Below are positions 40,335 through 54,775 of a DNA stretch of 64,000 nt, piece by piece. This stretch comes from the human T2T-CHM13v2.0 reference genome, Homo sapiens, in the NCBI RefSeq assembly GCF_009914755.1, contig NC_060938.1; one strand, written 5' to 3'. Positions within the stretch are counted from its first letter, which is position 1, and the number at the start of each line of letters is the position of its first letter. The position numbers and the translations under genes were made by a program. The notes under the pieces are model-generated. The model was given only the letters and a program-made list of their open reading frames with translations, was not told the origin of the DNA and made no database searches.

Positions 40335-41689
40335 AAAACAGGTCATATACTCTTTATAAGGCAATTATTGACTTAAAGAGTAAATTGTTTCTCTTTCTCT
40401 TTGCCAAACCTCAAGTAAATAAAATTATTTTTATAAAACAATGACTGAAATGCTCCGAACTAGAAGAGACACACATCAGTCAAAAGAGTTTTTGTTCAAC
40501 AAAATTCTGTCATTTTCAACTCATGATAATGTCAAATTATAGTCAGATAATACTCAAACTAGTTTCTCAGCCTTTTTCTTTAAAGAGATTGCTCCTTGAA
40601 TGGCATCAAACATCAGAATAGAGATTTGAGACCTGCCTGCCACTTGTTTTGGGAAAGCTGAATGAAAGAGGTTTGTGGAAGGAAAAGATCTGCAGACACC
40701 AGCTGCTCACCGTGTCCCCCTGGAAGTGACCAATCTCTTTCATTTACACCAAAAGATGTTTCACAGGTGCCATACATTAAAGCTTTTTCTTTGTCATGTG
40801 GGGCTCCAAGAAGTGGATGGCCTCTATTTTCTGACAGATATTCTATAGGTATTTATCATGCAAAAGTTCTCATGACATTGTGTAAGGCATGAAGAATAAA
40901 ACCCTCGCTTCATCCTGGTTTTGTTCTATTCCTTTGATTACCTAAAATTTTCTCTTGGGAATGGAGCAATGTAAGACTTGCTAACCCATAGTCTCCGAGA
41001 ATCAGCTCTCCAAATCCTTACATTTCCAGATGAAAAATGCTCCTGAGAATCCCTGTTGCACGCATAAAGGAAGAGAATCAGAAAGTGTCAAACTTCCCAA
41101 CAAAGTCAGTTAGTTCCCTACAAAGTCAGTCAGTTCCCTACGGAAAGGCCAAGACTGATCCTCATGGCAAAAGCAGCAGCTGTATATTATGACTAGTGTT
41201 TGAAGGAAAGAGAGAAAGCTATGATTCCAAACCCTGAACTCCTCCAACAACAGCTGCTGCAGGATACTAAGGGCTATCAGTGGCACAATGAACACCTCTG
41301 AAAGGCAGGGCAGCCGATGTAGCACCTTCGTGAAAATTAGAAAAAGGAGGCCTCTTTGGGCAAACATCCCCAGGCTCACAGTGTTGTTGTGCCCCTTCCT
41401 CTGGACAGAGTCATCCTAATTAAAGGAACATAAACTGGACACAATCCCCACTTTTTGCTACCTCAGTCAAGACCTTTGTGTCTCAAATGCACAAAACACC
41501 CATCATACATGGTGGCCCTGAACATTCGGCCTAACCTGGTCCTCAGCTGGTGAGCTGGGCTGGAAGCAGATCAAGTGGCCCTCTGGCTTTGTCCCCAAGG
41601 CTGACATCCTGCTTTAGGCATCCATTCTAACTGCTCTGTTGGTGAGAAGCACAGGGGGACATACACAGGAAGAAAGGGGATTTCTGTCT

Positions 41690-42034
41690 TGTGGAGTCCT
41701 AATAAAATAACTAAGTAACAATGAGGAAAGGGCACCAGGTCCCGCTGCTGGCACAACATCCTGTTCCCAAATACCTCTCTCCTTTCATGGAGCCCCAGCA
41801 GCACGATCTTATATGCAAACTTTGTCTGCATGTAGCCCCTCCAGCATGACGCTATAAAACTTCCCCCAGCCCCCGCCTCTTCGCAGACAGCCCTTTCTCT
41901 GCTGAGCTGCCTGTTGCACTCCTGCAACATATCTTCATACTTTCTCTAATAAATCTGCCTTTCTTTACCTATGATTGTCTTGGTAAATTCTTTACTGCCT
42001 GTGATGCCGGCCCCAGCCAGTCACACCTGTTACA
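41690..42034 (+). mobile_element. ERV LTR, MER72/LTR47-like
   Basis: tgtggagtcctaat..aagtaacaatgaggaaaggg; TATA-like ctataaaa; aataaa near 41948; ends ..tgttaca. Confidence 0.65.
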
Positions 42035-42169
42035 TCTCTCAGGCTCTGAACATCTGGTCCATTCCTGTCCCTCTATGCCTTCCTTCTGCTCCCTTTAGGC
42101 CCTGCTTGCAGTACACGAGGAGCAGGGACTCCTGTCCAGTAAGAGGCTGCCTCAGGCCCATCTTACCAC

Positions 42170-42867
42170 TGATACAAAAGGGCTGGGCTGCCAGCTAAAC
42201 CCTACCCTTAAGCCTGGAACTGTCGCCCTAAGGGAAAAGAGCTGACCTGGTTCTTCCACCCAAATGTTGCCTTTTTGGCCTGCCTCACCCCTATCCTGTG
42301 CCCATAAAAGACTTCAGCTAGCAGAGCAACACAAGTGGCTGAGCATCGAGCAGAGAAGCAATCACCGTTGGAGACTACAGATAGACACAGCTAACTTCAG
42401 ATGGTGCAGCTTCAGAGAGGGGCCCAGCTAGAGAACACTGGGCTTCAGGGAAAGATCACCTCTCATCCCCTTTCCAGCCTCCCTTTCCACTGAGAATCAC
42501 TCACCACTCAATAAAGTCTTCCACATTCATTACCTTTCAGACACTTTGTGTGACCTGATTCTTCTTGGATGCTGGACAAGAACCCAGGTGCCAAGAGGGC
42601 AGGTGCTGCCCACCCCTGCCCTCCACTGAGCTGGTTGGCACTTGGCCATCCCCAGATGGCAGAGCTGAAATAATACTGGTTGTAACATGCTTGGACGCTG
42701 CTGCGGGGCCCGCACGGAGCCTGCTCCTGCCAGAGAGGAGCAACTGGCTGGTTCCAGCATTCATTCAGCCTGGTTTCTGCACTCCTGTGAGGAGTGGCCA
42801 GCAGTGGGCTGAGTGAAACAAGCCAGTTCCTGCACACGAAGGGGGTAAAGGGAACTATCCCATCTCA
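42170..42867 (+). mobile_element. LTR1-family (ERV1) solo LTR
   Basis: tgatacaaaagggctgggc..aaaccctacccttaagcctggaac ... catctca; AATAAA 42509-42514; perfect TSD ccac. Confidence 0.88.
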
Positions 42868-43398
42868 CCACAACTTATTAAAGAAAGCCAAATGGATTTT
42901 CTCCCAAGTTAATCCAATTAGGAAGAAGAAGATGACAGCAGGAAAAAGGGAACCCACAGGTTTGACAGCGAGAAGGATTGCAAAAGAAGGATATTCTCCT
43001 CAGAAACAAGAATTTTTAACTTCTTCTCCCTTCTCCCCAAATCCTACTATCTTTTGAAGTCAAATTAGTGGCCCTCAAATGAGTCAAACCCAACCCTAGA
43101 GGTTGGAATATGACTTCACAGTCACAAGAGCCAGGTTATGCACTGGTGGCTGCAGGAGAACTTGAAGGGTGACACATAGTGAAACCACCTTTGCAAAAAT
43201 TGTATCAGAGAGAAAATTATGAAAGTGGAGGAGATCTGATCTAACCAATCCCTCTTGTGCCTTTAGCCTTTAAGCTACCTTTAATTATTCCTGGGCTATC
43301 TTTGGGAGGCTTTTAGTTTATATTTTAAATGATAATAGCCCTTCCCCAAAACTCAACTGCCTTTGTAAAGCTACTGAGAGAACACCAGCTTAGGGGAA

Positions 43399-44286
<888 letters not shown>

Positions 44287-45010
44287 GGAAGGAGGGGGGC
44301 CTGAATTCTGCTAAGGTGTAGACATAAATGATTGCCAGCCATTATTCCAGAGGTCATAAGATATGCAACTTCCCCAGTTACTCCTGCAGATAACATCACT
44401 ATTGTAGAATTGGAAGACTGGCCTTTTAAGATATCTTCTCAGATTTTTTGCATATCTGAAATCTATGGCTCCAAGGACCCACCTACCAATGATGACTCCA
44501 CCTGGACCTGCCATCTGTTCCTGTGGCCCCACCCAGAAGCTATTCAGTGTCCAGGAGGATCATTTCCCACACCCCTATGCTTGCACCCCCTAACCAATCA
44601 GCAGTGAGCCTCCTTTGCCTACCCAACCTCACCCCATCCCCAAACTACCTTTGAAAAACCCTAGCTCTCCAATTCTCAAGGAGACCGATTTAAGTAATAA
44701 TAAAACTCCCATTCAGCTGGCTCTGTGTGAATTAAACTCTTCATTGCAATTCTCCTGCCTTGACAAATTGGCTCTATCTGGACAGCAGGCAAGAAGAATC
44801 CACTGGGGAGTTACAGTAGAACATAGAAGCTACCAGGGACTGGGCCAAGGGAGAGGGAAATTTGAAGTCCCAGCAGGCCCACTGGGAACTCATTGCCAAA
44901 AGTGGTTTCTGTTATCACTCTAATAATCACTCACATTCTCTGAACACTCTGCTTAAGGCTAGGATGACCTGGGAAGTGGAGGTTACAATTTAAAAGGCTC
45001 CAGCTGGATG

Positions 45011-45752
45011 TGATAGGGACAGGAGACAGGGAAATACTGGTTAAAAGAAGGTGGTTCCCAGCAAAAGCCCCACCCTCAAGCTTGGAAATCCGAGGCCCTA
45101 TATGGGAACATGCATTCCTGTTTTCATGCCTGCCTTGCTCCCCTATCCTGTACCCATGTAAGTGCCAGACCCCAGGCCCCAGAAGCAGATGAGGAGATGA
45201 TCAGAAGAGCAGCAGAATGGCAGAGCAGCATAGTAGAGAGAAGAGGAGCATCTGAATGTCGAGAGGAGTTTGGCTGGGGACAGTCAGAGAGGAGATCAGC
45301 CACTGGACAGCCGAACTCCAGGGGAAGATTATCTTCCCACTCCATCACCTTTCCAGCTCCCCATCCATCCCACTGAGAGCCACCTCCACCACTCAAACCC
45401 CTGCATTCACCATCCTTCAAGTCCATGTGTGACATGATTCTTCCTGGACACTGGACAAGGACCTGGATACCAAGAGGGCATTGAGCTGGTTAAGACTTAA
45501 GCTGTCCATGGTTGGCAAGGCTGAAAGAGTGCACTGTAACACATGCCCACTTGGGTTTCGAGAGTTGCAGACACCCACCCTTGGATGCTGCCATGGAGCC
45601 AGAGTCCAGGGGAGCTTGCTCTGGCTCCTGCACCTGCCCATCTATGTGCTCCCCATTCGGTAAGGGATTTGAGCACACATGGCAGCCAAACAGATGAGCC
45701 ATACCCCTGTCGCATGTACTGTGAGGAAGGGCCAGGGAACTCTCCCGTTTCA
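45011..45752 (+). mobile_element. LTR1/LTR27-family (ERV1) solo LTR
   Basis: tgatagggacaggagacagggaaatactgg ... ggaactctcccgtttca; perfect TSD gatg. Confidence 0.88.
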
Positions 45753-47199
45753 GATGGAAATCCTTAGAATGACAGCCCCAGCAGCTCCCCAGTGCTATGA
45801 GAAGCACCTGAGGTTCATGAACAATGTGTCACTCTCATGTGACAGCTTTGCCTCATCAATATGAGGCAGAAGGACACCCACTAAAGTTTATCTACACACC
45901 AAGAGAATTTAGACTCAGCATTCTTGATGCCTTTGCTCCTTCTATCTGCCCCTGAGCAATCAGTATCACTGAAAGGAAGAAAAATTATCCTTAATTACAG
46001 CAAGTGGATTTAACATTTTCCATCTATCCTCAATTACTCTTATCTCTCCCCTTGTCACGCTGTGACCAAATGGAAAGCAGCCTCTAGGTCCTTGCCTGCA
46101 TACAACCCACCAGCCATTGGGGATATATTAAATTTTGTCTTGACCTTACCTCCACTCCAAATTTGAGAGCCATTTGGTACCATAGCAAGTTCTAAGTCAC
46201 CTATCAGGAGTTTTAAAGTTAGATTTTCAACATAGAAAAATTACTCTTTCCTCAGTCAAGATAAAATTCTTCCAATTGGGCCGATGTCTAATTAAGGCTA
46301 TTTTGATTGCCCCAAAACAGACACTAATTTTAGGCCAAGTCAACGTTTTCACCTGATTAAGCAAAATGCCTGAGTGTGGGCAGGTCCACTGAACTTTAAT
46401 ACCAGTCCAAGGATGTTTTCTGTTTTTCTTTTCCTTGTGCTCCAAGAGTCTTCCTCTGAGATGTCCCCCAAGTTGTTCCCCTCAAGTGAAACTTTGCACT
46501 GACTTGGTGACCAACAGCATCAACACCAAAAGATGGGTTTTGAAAGTGCCTACAGGTACTTGACACTTTTTTGAGAATAATCTGCACAGAAATCTCACCC
46601 TTTTGTACTCAACAGAGCAGTGAGCAGCACAAGACCAATCCCCTCCTGTGTGCTGTCAGACTTTTTACTCCGATAGTTGATGTGGCCTCTTTTCACTGTT
46701 TTACTCTGTAAGCTAAAGGATTCTTGCCCAATTTTTCAAGTGACTTGTTAGCCCGTATAGAATATTACCTTTGGATCCATCTTTTATCAAACTATGGTTT
46801 AAAGCTTTGCTTCTAATGAAGGACAACCCTTCCATGAGGACAGGGGCCAGGTCTGCCTGATTCACTCTTTTATCCTCACTTCTCTGCATAGCTCCCAATA
46901 GGTAGTAAGTGCTTGATAAGTGATTGTGGATTGCAGCAATGAACCAATTCTGACCAGCTAGTCAACATAGAATTATATCACAACAGCAAGTTTTAGCCCA
47001 TTCAGCATGGTTCAGGCTTCCATAAAAACAACTGTCTTCCCCAAAGCTTTTTCTAAAGCTGTTAATCAGACCCTATTTAGTGATCATTGTTTCTCTGTGG
47101 CCTAAAGACAAGACATGAATATCACTGTTTAGAGTTAATTCTCACCTACCAAACAGAGGAATCAATCAGATATCCTTCCTTCTCTATGTCTTCAAATTT

Positions 47200-47440
47200 T
47201 AAATAGCTACAAACATGAGCTTTGGTGCCAGACTGCCTGTCCGGATCTTGACTCTGCTACTTATTTAGCTGTCCCATGGGCAACCCTCTCTATGCCTTAG
47301 TTTCCAATCTGTAACATTAAAATGATAATTGTTTATAGTTCATAAGGTTATTGTGAGGAGTAAATGAGTTAACATATACAAGGTGCTTAACACTGTGTGT
47401 GGTACCATTAAGTACTCAACAAATAATAGCAATTATTGTT
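47200..47440 (+). mobile_element. MIR SINE
   Basis: ctttggtgccagactgcctg..ctctatgccttagtttcc..gttattgtgaggagtaaatgagtta. Confidence 0.8.
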
Positions 47441-47534
47441 ATATAACTTTGGCCCAATTTTGTAAAAAGTCTTTAGCTTGAAGTACCCAAAAATACTTGT
47501 ATCATCCTTGAAAGGCAACTTTTAAAAATCACAG

Positions 47535-47933
47535 TGAGACAGCCAAATGCCTAGGCAAATAAAAAGGGGTCCCCAGAGAATCTCTGACCCGCCCCACAAG
47601 TGTTTACATCAGATGCTTTTGTGCAGATGAGAGAACCTGCCCAGAGCCTTGTCTGAACATGCCCACATGCGCACTGGGGGAATGGGGTGGAGCCACGGGC
47701 AAGAGGGAGGAGCCTGGTTTCTTCCTGTGTGGTGGCCTGGGATTCAATCTGGGAGGTGGGGGGTCTGTCAGCAAGACTCCATCTTGCTTTGCTGAGTTGT
47801 TTTTTTTTTTTTCTTCCCTTTTCGCCCAGTAAAACCCTGTTCTACTCACCCTTCAGTGTGTTCGCATGCCTAAATTTTCCTGGTCGTGTGACAAGAACCC
47901 AGTTTTAGGGGAACTAAGCAAAATTCTGCAACA
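47535..47933 (+). mobile_element. MER61-family (ERV1) solo LTR
   Basis: tgagacagccaaatgcctaggc..aaaaggggtcccc..cttgtctgaacatgccc..ttcctggtcgtgtgacaagaaccc ... tgcaaca; no clear TSD. Confidence 0.82.
47645..47664. promoter_or_regulatory. Candidate p53 response element
   Basis: AGCCTTGTCT GAACATGCCC = 19/20 match to (RRRCWWGYYY)2 with no spacer; extra 9/10 half-site GAACCTGCCC at 47633-47642. Confidence 0.65.
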
Positions 47934-48559
47934 TTATCCCCACCCTCCAAAATAGTTTTCCTTCCAGTTTAGACACTTACAGGTAAGTTATTTCCATCAG
48001 CCACTGCTCCAGCAGCTGTTGGTCTTTATGAGCTCACTGAAGCTTCCTGAGGTTACAGTGACATTCAGAAATACAAAAATTCTTTACTTTCTTTGGAGCT
48101 GCTTCTCCAAATCTGTCCCCTCCCTGACATCCACATGTGAGTTCAGACTCCAGGGAGACACAACAAAGAGGGAGACTTCCCTGCCAGGCCAAGGGCTAGT
48201 GGCAGGGAAGAGCCCTCAAGGGCTAGAAGAATGATGTAGGGTGTTAGTCCTGGATTCTGGTGTAGCCCTCCCTAAGATTCCAAGTCCAATCCAGTCTAAA
48301 CTTCACTCAGTGCTCCTGCATGTTTGAAGCTCCTGATAAGAGACTGTTGGCTGCAGAGGAGTTTCTGAGTGAGAGTAAGATTCTTTGTGGCATTTGTTCC
48401 CAGGACGGCGAAGCATGTGGTGAGACGCTGAGTTGGGCCTTTTTCTCAAATAAAGGATGAACTTCAGGACTAGCCTTACCACTGGCTCAAGACAAGTTTG
48501 GGTCTTCCAGTCCTGCCAAATTAGGAAACGAGAGATGAAGAAGATGTGCTTTAGGGAAG

Positions 48560-49120
48560 CTGATCTGTCATTTCTGCACAGGACAGACTGGAAAAGAGTG
48601 GACCTTAAGACAAGGATTCCCATTCAGAAAGGAGATAAGTGGGGCCTGTAGCAGGTGGTGCCAACAGTGAAAGAGAAAGGAACAGCTAGAAAGACAGTCC
48701 CAAGGAAATGCAATCTGAAACATTGGCTGGCCAGCTAGATATGGAGCAGGGAGAAGAGAGAGGTCAGAAACTCCAAGGTTTCAAGCCTGGGAGATTAAAG
48801 GAATCCCATGACTAGGAAGAGGGCCCGATGATGTTGGAGCTGAATGATCAGCCGCTGGATTTGATGACATCTGCCTGCAAAGATGCAGTCAGTAGCAAGC
48901 ATGGAGGATCTGGAGGTACAGAAAGCAGTCAGAGCTGAAAACTCGGGTCCTGGAGTGACTCACATCTATTGTGAAGTTGTAAGGATGGGCGTGTTCTCTG
49001 AGGGAAATGACACAGAGAGAAAAAAGCACAGAGTTATGCTATCCAAAAACTGACAAGAGAAGCCCTCTTGTCAGGGCAGAAGGATGAGTGAGAAAGGGAA
49101 GGAGAATAAGTCTAAGAAGG
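48560..49120 (-). mobile_element. L2 LINE fragment
   Basis: aactccaaggtttcaagcctggg, gatctggaggtacag..gagctgaa; diverged. Confidence 0.55.
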
Positions 49121-49124
49121 AAAA

Positions 49125-49822
<698 letters not shown>

Positions 49823-51569
49823 AAAGATGAGGACTTGTCCTCAGGGACGCCAAGGATGGGGTTTAAGATAGATAATGGCGATGGAACATGAACACTGTCT
49901 CGGAGGCCAAGAACTATGAAGGAAAAGTCCACTGGATTCTGCATCTGAGATTCGCTGGACCACATTTCTCTTCCTACTAAGTGTAAAATACTGGTTAAGA
50001 GCAAGCATGGGCTTTGGGGCAAAAAAATATTCTGAAGCCCATCCTGACTCAGCCATTACTTACTGTGAACCTGCACAAATTACTTTCCCTCTCTCGACCT
50101 CAGTTTTCCAATCTCTAAAATAGAAATAACTGTATCTATGAAGAATTTTTTAAGAATTAAATATTTTGGTGTTTCTACTATATGCTAACTGATAAGTATA
50201 GCTCATGTTAATATTATCATCACTAATATTCATATTATTTCATCTTGATCATTATCATCTTCATATGTTCCATATTCAGAGGACACAATTTAGAGTAGAA
50301 GGATTAAAGAGGGAATGGCTTAAGAATAAAGGAGGGATTAAGAAGGGAATGAGGAATAAGGAAAAATGTGTGCCTGTATTTCATAGCCGACCTAGCATTC
50401 TACACTGAAACTCAGTTCTGAGTCTAGAACACTTTTAATTCATTCTCTCTCCTTTTACAAGCAAGGAAACATTTTCAACACTAATACATTTATTTCTCCC
50501 AATCTATAGTTCAACAACACAGTCAGAAGTATAGAGAAGACTTACTTTCTCTACCCTGCGCTTCTTTCACCAGATCAGCATATTCCTAACTCCCATGGCT
50601 TAGCCTTGATTGTGATGCTACTTTCCTAGAAAACTTCTAGTAAGAATGGGGGTCATAGTGGACCACATCACTTCCTTCTCCCAGCATTGCTGAGGCAAAT
50701 GAGGAGGGAGCAGGTTTAGATCCTCACTACAAAGAGCAGGCATGGATTCTACCTCTTAAACATTTTACTCAGGGTTCCCTGACAATGAAAACTGCCTTTC
50801 ATTTCTTCTTTCAGCCCATTGGAGTAGAGGTTAATGACTTTGTCCTAAGAAACAAAAGGCTCACATGCAATTAAAAAGATCTCAGAAACAAGTCAGGCAT
50901 GAAGAGTGTTCTAGAAACTCTACAATTGAATTTTTTTTCATTGACAAATGATCCCGCCATCATTGTAGATAGGGTAACATATCTAATTCCTATAATTCTA
51001 TATCTTTAAATGAAGCCTGCAGGAAATGCCTTGATGGAAAGGAAGATCAACGGGACTGAAAATAACGTATTCCACCTCATTCCCCCTCTCTGAATTCAAT
51101 TTCTCACCAGGCACTCTGATAGCTTCCTTCTTCCACCCCTTCCAGAAGCCAATTCTGAATTATCCAACCCTAAAAAAGACTATGAAGCCAACAGAGTCAC
51201 CAAACACCTAACTTAGCAAGGGCCCCGATCTTCTTCTCCAAGCAAACCTCTTCCTCTTTGTAATTCACCTTTATGTTCTTCATCTAGCAGAGAAAGAAAT
51301 AAACAGGGAAAGCAGAAAGAAAAGAGGTAGAGAGGGCACTGCAAGGCCCAGAGAGTTCACAAACAAAAGAACCTGCCTTAGTATTACGAAGCACCAACCA
51401 CACTTGCTTTAGGCTTAAATCAGACTTGATTTGGCTCTTCTGAACAAGCACCAGCATCTAAATCACTCACTTGGCAGCATTATCTGTGGCCTGTTACGTG
51501 ACAGACACAATGCTACACACTGGGGGATGCCAGTATGAAGATAAGATATGGTCCTGGAATATAACATTA

Positions 51570-51710
51570 CTCATGGTGTCACCTTGGGCAAGTTATTTAA
51601 TCTCCCCGTGACTCCGTTTTCTCATCTGTAAATGGGGATAATAATAACCTCTACCTCAAAGATTGTGATAAGAATTAAATGTATTATTACATATAAAGCA
51701 CTTAGTGCTA
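51570..51710 (+). mobile_element. MIR SINE
   Basis: accttgggcaagttatttaatctc..ttttctcatctgtaaatggggataataa..aagaattaaatg. Confidence 0.85.
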
Positions 51711-52584
51711 GGGTAGAGATATCATCACAGGAAAATAGGATACTTGAGAATTCCACCTGGACCTTCACACAGACAATGATCCTTGGGCTGGGCTTTATAA
51801 AAAATTGTTTAAGGTTTTAAGAAAAGTGTAAAAGAGATGGAAAGGTCATGCTGGAGGACAGGCCAGCATGAACAACGGCTCAGAGGTGAAAATACACACA
51901 TTTCTTGGATGGTGAGAGGCTGGAGCGCAAAGGGAGCTGTGAAGGGGAGGCTGCTGGAGCCTCAGGCCTCCTCTCCCAGGCTCTGCAGGGCCTGTGTACC
52001 TGGGGGAGGAGCCTGTCCGGATGATCTACAGAGCTCCTGCTGCAAGAAGGAAGCAGTCCTTAACTGTGTCCAAGGAAGAGTGGTTCTGGACAAAGAGAGG
52101 GAACATTTCCCATCTGTTCCTGTGACTTCCCCACTGGTGGGGCAGGAAGGACAGAAGGGATGTTTGCCCTGAGATGGGTTCAGTTTAATTCAAGTTTCCA
52201 ATAATTCTAATCCTTGACCAAATTTCTGTGAGTGGAGCCTTCTACTCTAGAATCTTCCCTCCTTCTGGGCACTGCCTTCACAAACATGAACTACCAACAG
52301 GCTTTCCTCTGCCCTCACTTTCCAGTGTTCCCAGAACTCTGAGGAAGGAGCAGCCCAGGTAAGGCAGAGCTGGAAAGGCCATGAGGTGCAGAGGTGACCT
52401 CAGTAGCCACCGTCTCTGCCCTCTGATAGGGAGCCAGGCTCTCAGTGGGTGGAGGAGACAGAGAGCAGAGAGAAAGAGGCAGACAGAGACAGAAAAACAG
52501 ATGGAGGGAGAGTCTGAGTGTGTTGGCCATCTTCTGTGCTCCATCTTACACTGCCATGGTAACCAATTTGTAAAGGTGTGACCT

Positions 52585-53085
52585 GGTGGAAGTAGGAGTG
52601 GTTCCTCCCTCACCATCACTCCTAGTGGCCCCCTGTGGAATTTGCACTTCTTGTCCCATGACCTTATGCTCTGCTGGTTAAGGGCCCCAGGTCCCAAGGG
52701 GGAACATGGTTGGAATTCTGCTAGAAGACATGCCTGCTATCTATTTCTTTTAGGCTTCTCCTGCCAGTGAAGAAGTAGGCATGGCAAGGAGTTACGTTGT
52801 TGTCAGGGGCAATCAGCCCTGATGACCACAAGGAGCCAGGTTGCTGCTCTACAACATGGGGCAAGAATGAGTGCCTCTGGAACCCAGAGATCCCCTGGGG
52901 TGTCTCTCAGGGATTCCTGTGCCCATGGTAACCATAAGTGGGCCATTTGTATACAACTGTGGCCTGGAAAGGCTCAGACCCATTGGAGATGAAAGTTCAA
53001 GCCACCCCACAGGGTAGCAGCCTTGACCCACCAAAATGCTTACTGTGGTGAGGGAAATGTAGAAACCAAGGTGGAGAATGACGGA
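52585..53085 (+). mobile_element. ERVL-type internal remnant (pol end/dUTPase region)
   Basis: Frameshifted pieces VEVGV, LTITPSGPL, MTLCSAG, GVTLLSGAISPDDH, LLLYN resemble the ERVL dUTPase region (GVIDPDY-type motif). Confidence 0.7.
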
Positions 53086-54249
53086 TCTTGATTGAGGCCT
53101 TGGGATCAGTCATAAGGTCACAGACCATGGCATGTTCCACTAACCCTCATGTCCTCAGGCTTTTTGTAGAGATGACAGATGGCTACACTTTGAAGTCACT
53201 GTGGCAAACTTGACTTCATGGGAGGCATTACTAGATCTGAGCATTGCAAGGGGAAGACAGCATGGTGTCCTGTCTCATTTCTTCCTGGACCGCTTTTCTT
53301 TCCTGCTGTTGCTGGGCTAACCAGCTTTGCACAGCTTTTCTACCTCAGTTGCAAGCTGTCACCTGAAGTCCTGCTCCAAAGAGAAGAACCGCTCAGAACC
53401 ACAGTGCTGCCACTGCAGACCCAGGCATCATCCCAGGGGCCTGGCCACTCCTAATGCCATGCCTTGCCCCACAAAGTCACTCATCTTGACTGGCGAGGCT
53501 GGTTCAGATGATCTCATTTCAGGGACATTTTCCTGGTTCCCCCTTTCATTTGTCCCAACTCACTCACAGCTGAGCATGCATGGATTAGGATAACAACAAT
53601 GTTTCTGACAGGAAGTGTATTACTAGAACACTTTAAGAACTCCTTGTGTATACACACACACAGGCACACACACACGAGTGAAACCTTTTCCTAATATAAA
53701 GATTCAAGGTTTTGTAGTGGCTTTAGTTTGTCCCATTTTCTGTAGCAAGGTTTTATACACATACACACACACACAAACACACGCACACAGCGTCTTAAAC
53801 ATAAGTTGATGGAGTGTGAAACTGCACTTCATTTACTGCATAATGGAACACCTTAATGATATTCTTAGATATAATGCCTTTTCTCTGAACCACTTTTCTT
53901 TTTAGTATTTAATGTATGTTATCATCACAATTTTCATCTGTTTTTCAGAAATACTCTACAAAATCTATTTTCCTTGCTGGAAAACTAGACCCAAAGAGCA
54001 GGTATCCCTGTCTATGTTGTTAGCAAGTATTTTGAGATGTCTTTAGGGATGCATAACTCCACAGAATTGAGAATACAAAGCCAGGAGACATTAAAAAGAT
54101 GTCACATCTGTAAGGATACCTCCTGTACTAAGCTTAAATGAACACTACAGAGGGTCTCATTCTCAAAAGGCTTTGCTGGTTGTGTAGGACCAAGAAAGTT
54201 ATAAAGCTGAAGCCAATAATAAAGCAAATGACCAAGAAACAACTTTTAT

Positions 54250-54775
54250 ATTAATCAGGATTCGTTTTTAAGTTGAAGTGACCAAAATACAACTCAAACT
54301 AACTCAAGCAAAAAAGAAATAGGTACTGGGGAGAGGGGACAGTAGGGGAACAGGCTCCCACATACTGAGATCTGGGAACACAAAGGGAAGTTATCAGGTC
54401 TCTCTCCCTCTCAGCTCTGCTTCTTTCAGTGTGGTGGCCTCATTCTTTCTAACTGAAGAACGATCTTTACTGCAGAAAATTCTAAGCATTATTGTGGCAG
54501 ATCCAGTAAGTCCCAGAGAAGGATTCTGATTGGTCCTGCTTCAGTCACATGCTTGCATCTTAGTCCAATCACTGTGGCCTGGAGGATGGGACACCATGAT
54601 TTGCAAGACTCTGGTCACATGCCCACACCTGTGGCTTCTGAAGCAGAGCACCAGCAGTGACAGTCCCACCAGAACCGCATGGAATAGAAAACTGTGCATT
54701 TCCCTAAGGAAAGGGAATGCCAGAGAAGGGCAGAAGGGAAATCAGGAAGACAAAACGGTAAATTACCTACCACAA
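54250..54775 (-). mobile_element. Old MLT1 (J/K-like) LTR
   Basis: tattaatcaggatt..aactcaaactaactcaagcaaaaaag..tctgattggtcctgcttcagtcacatg..ccaatcactgtggcc. Confidence 0.7.
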
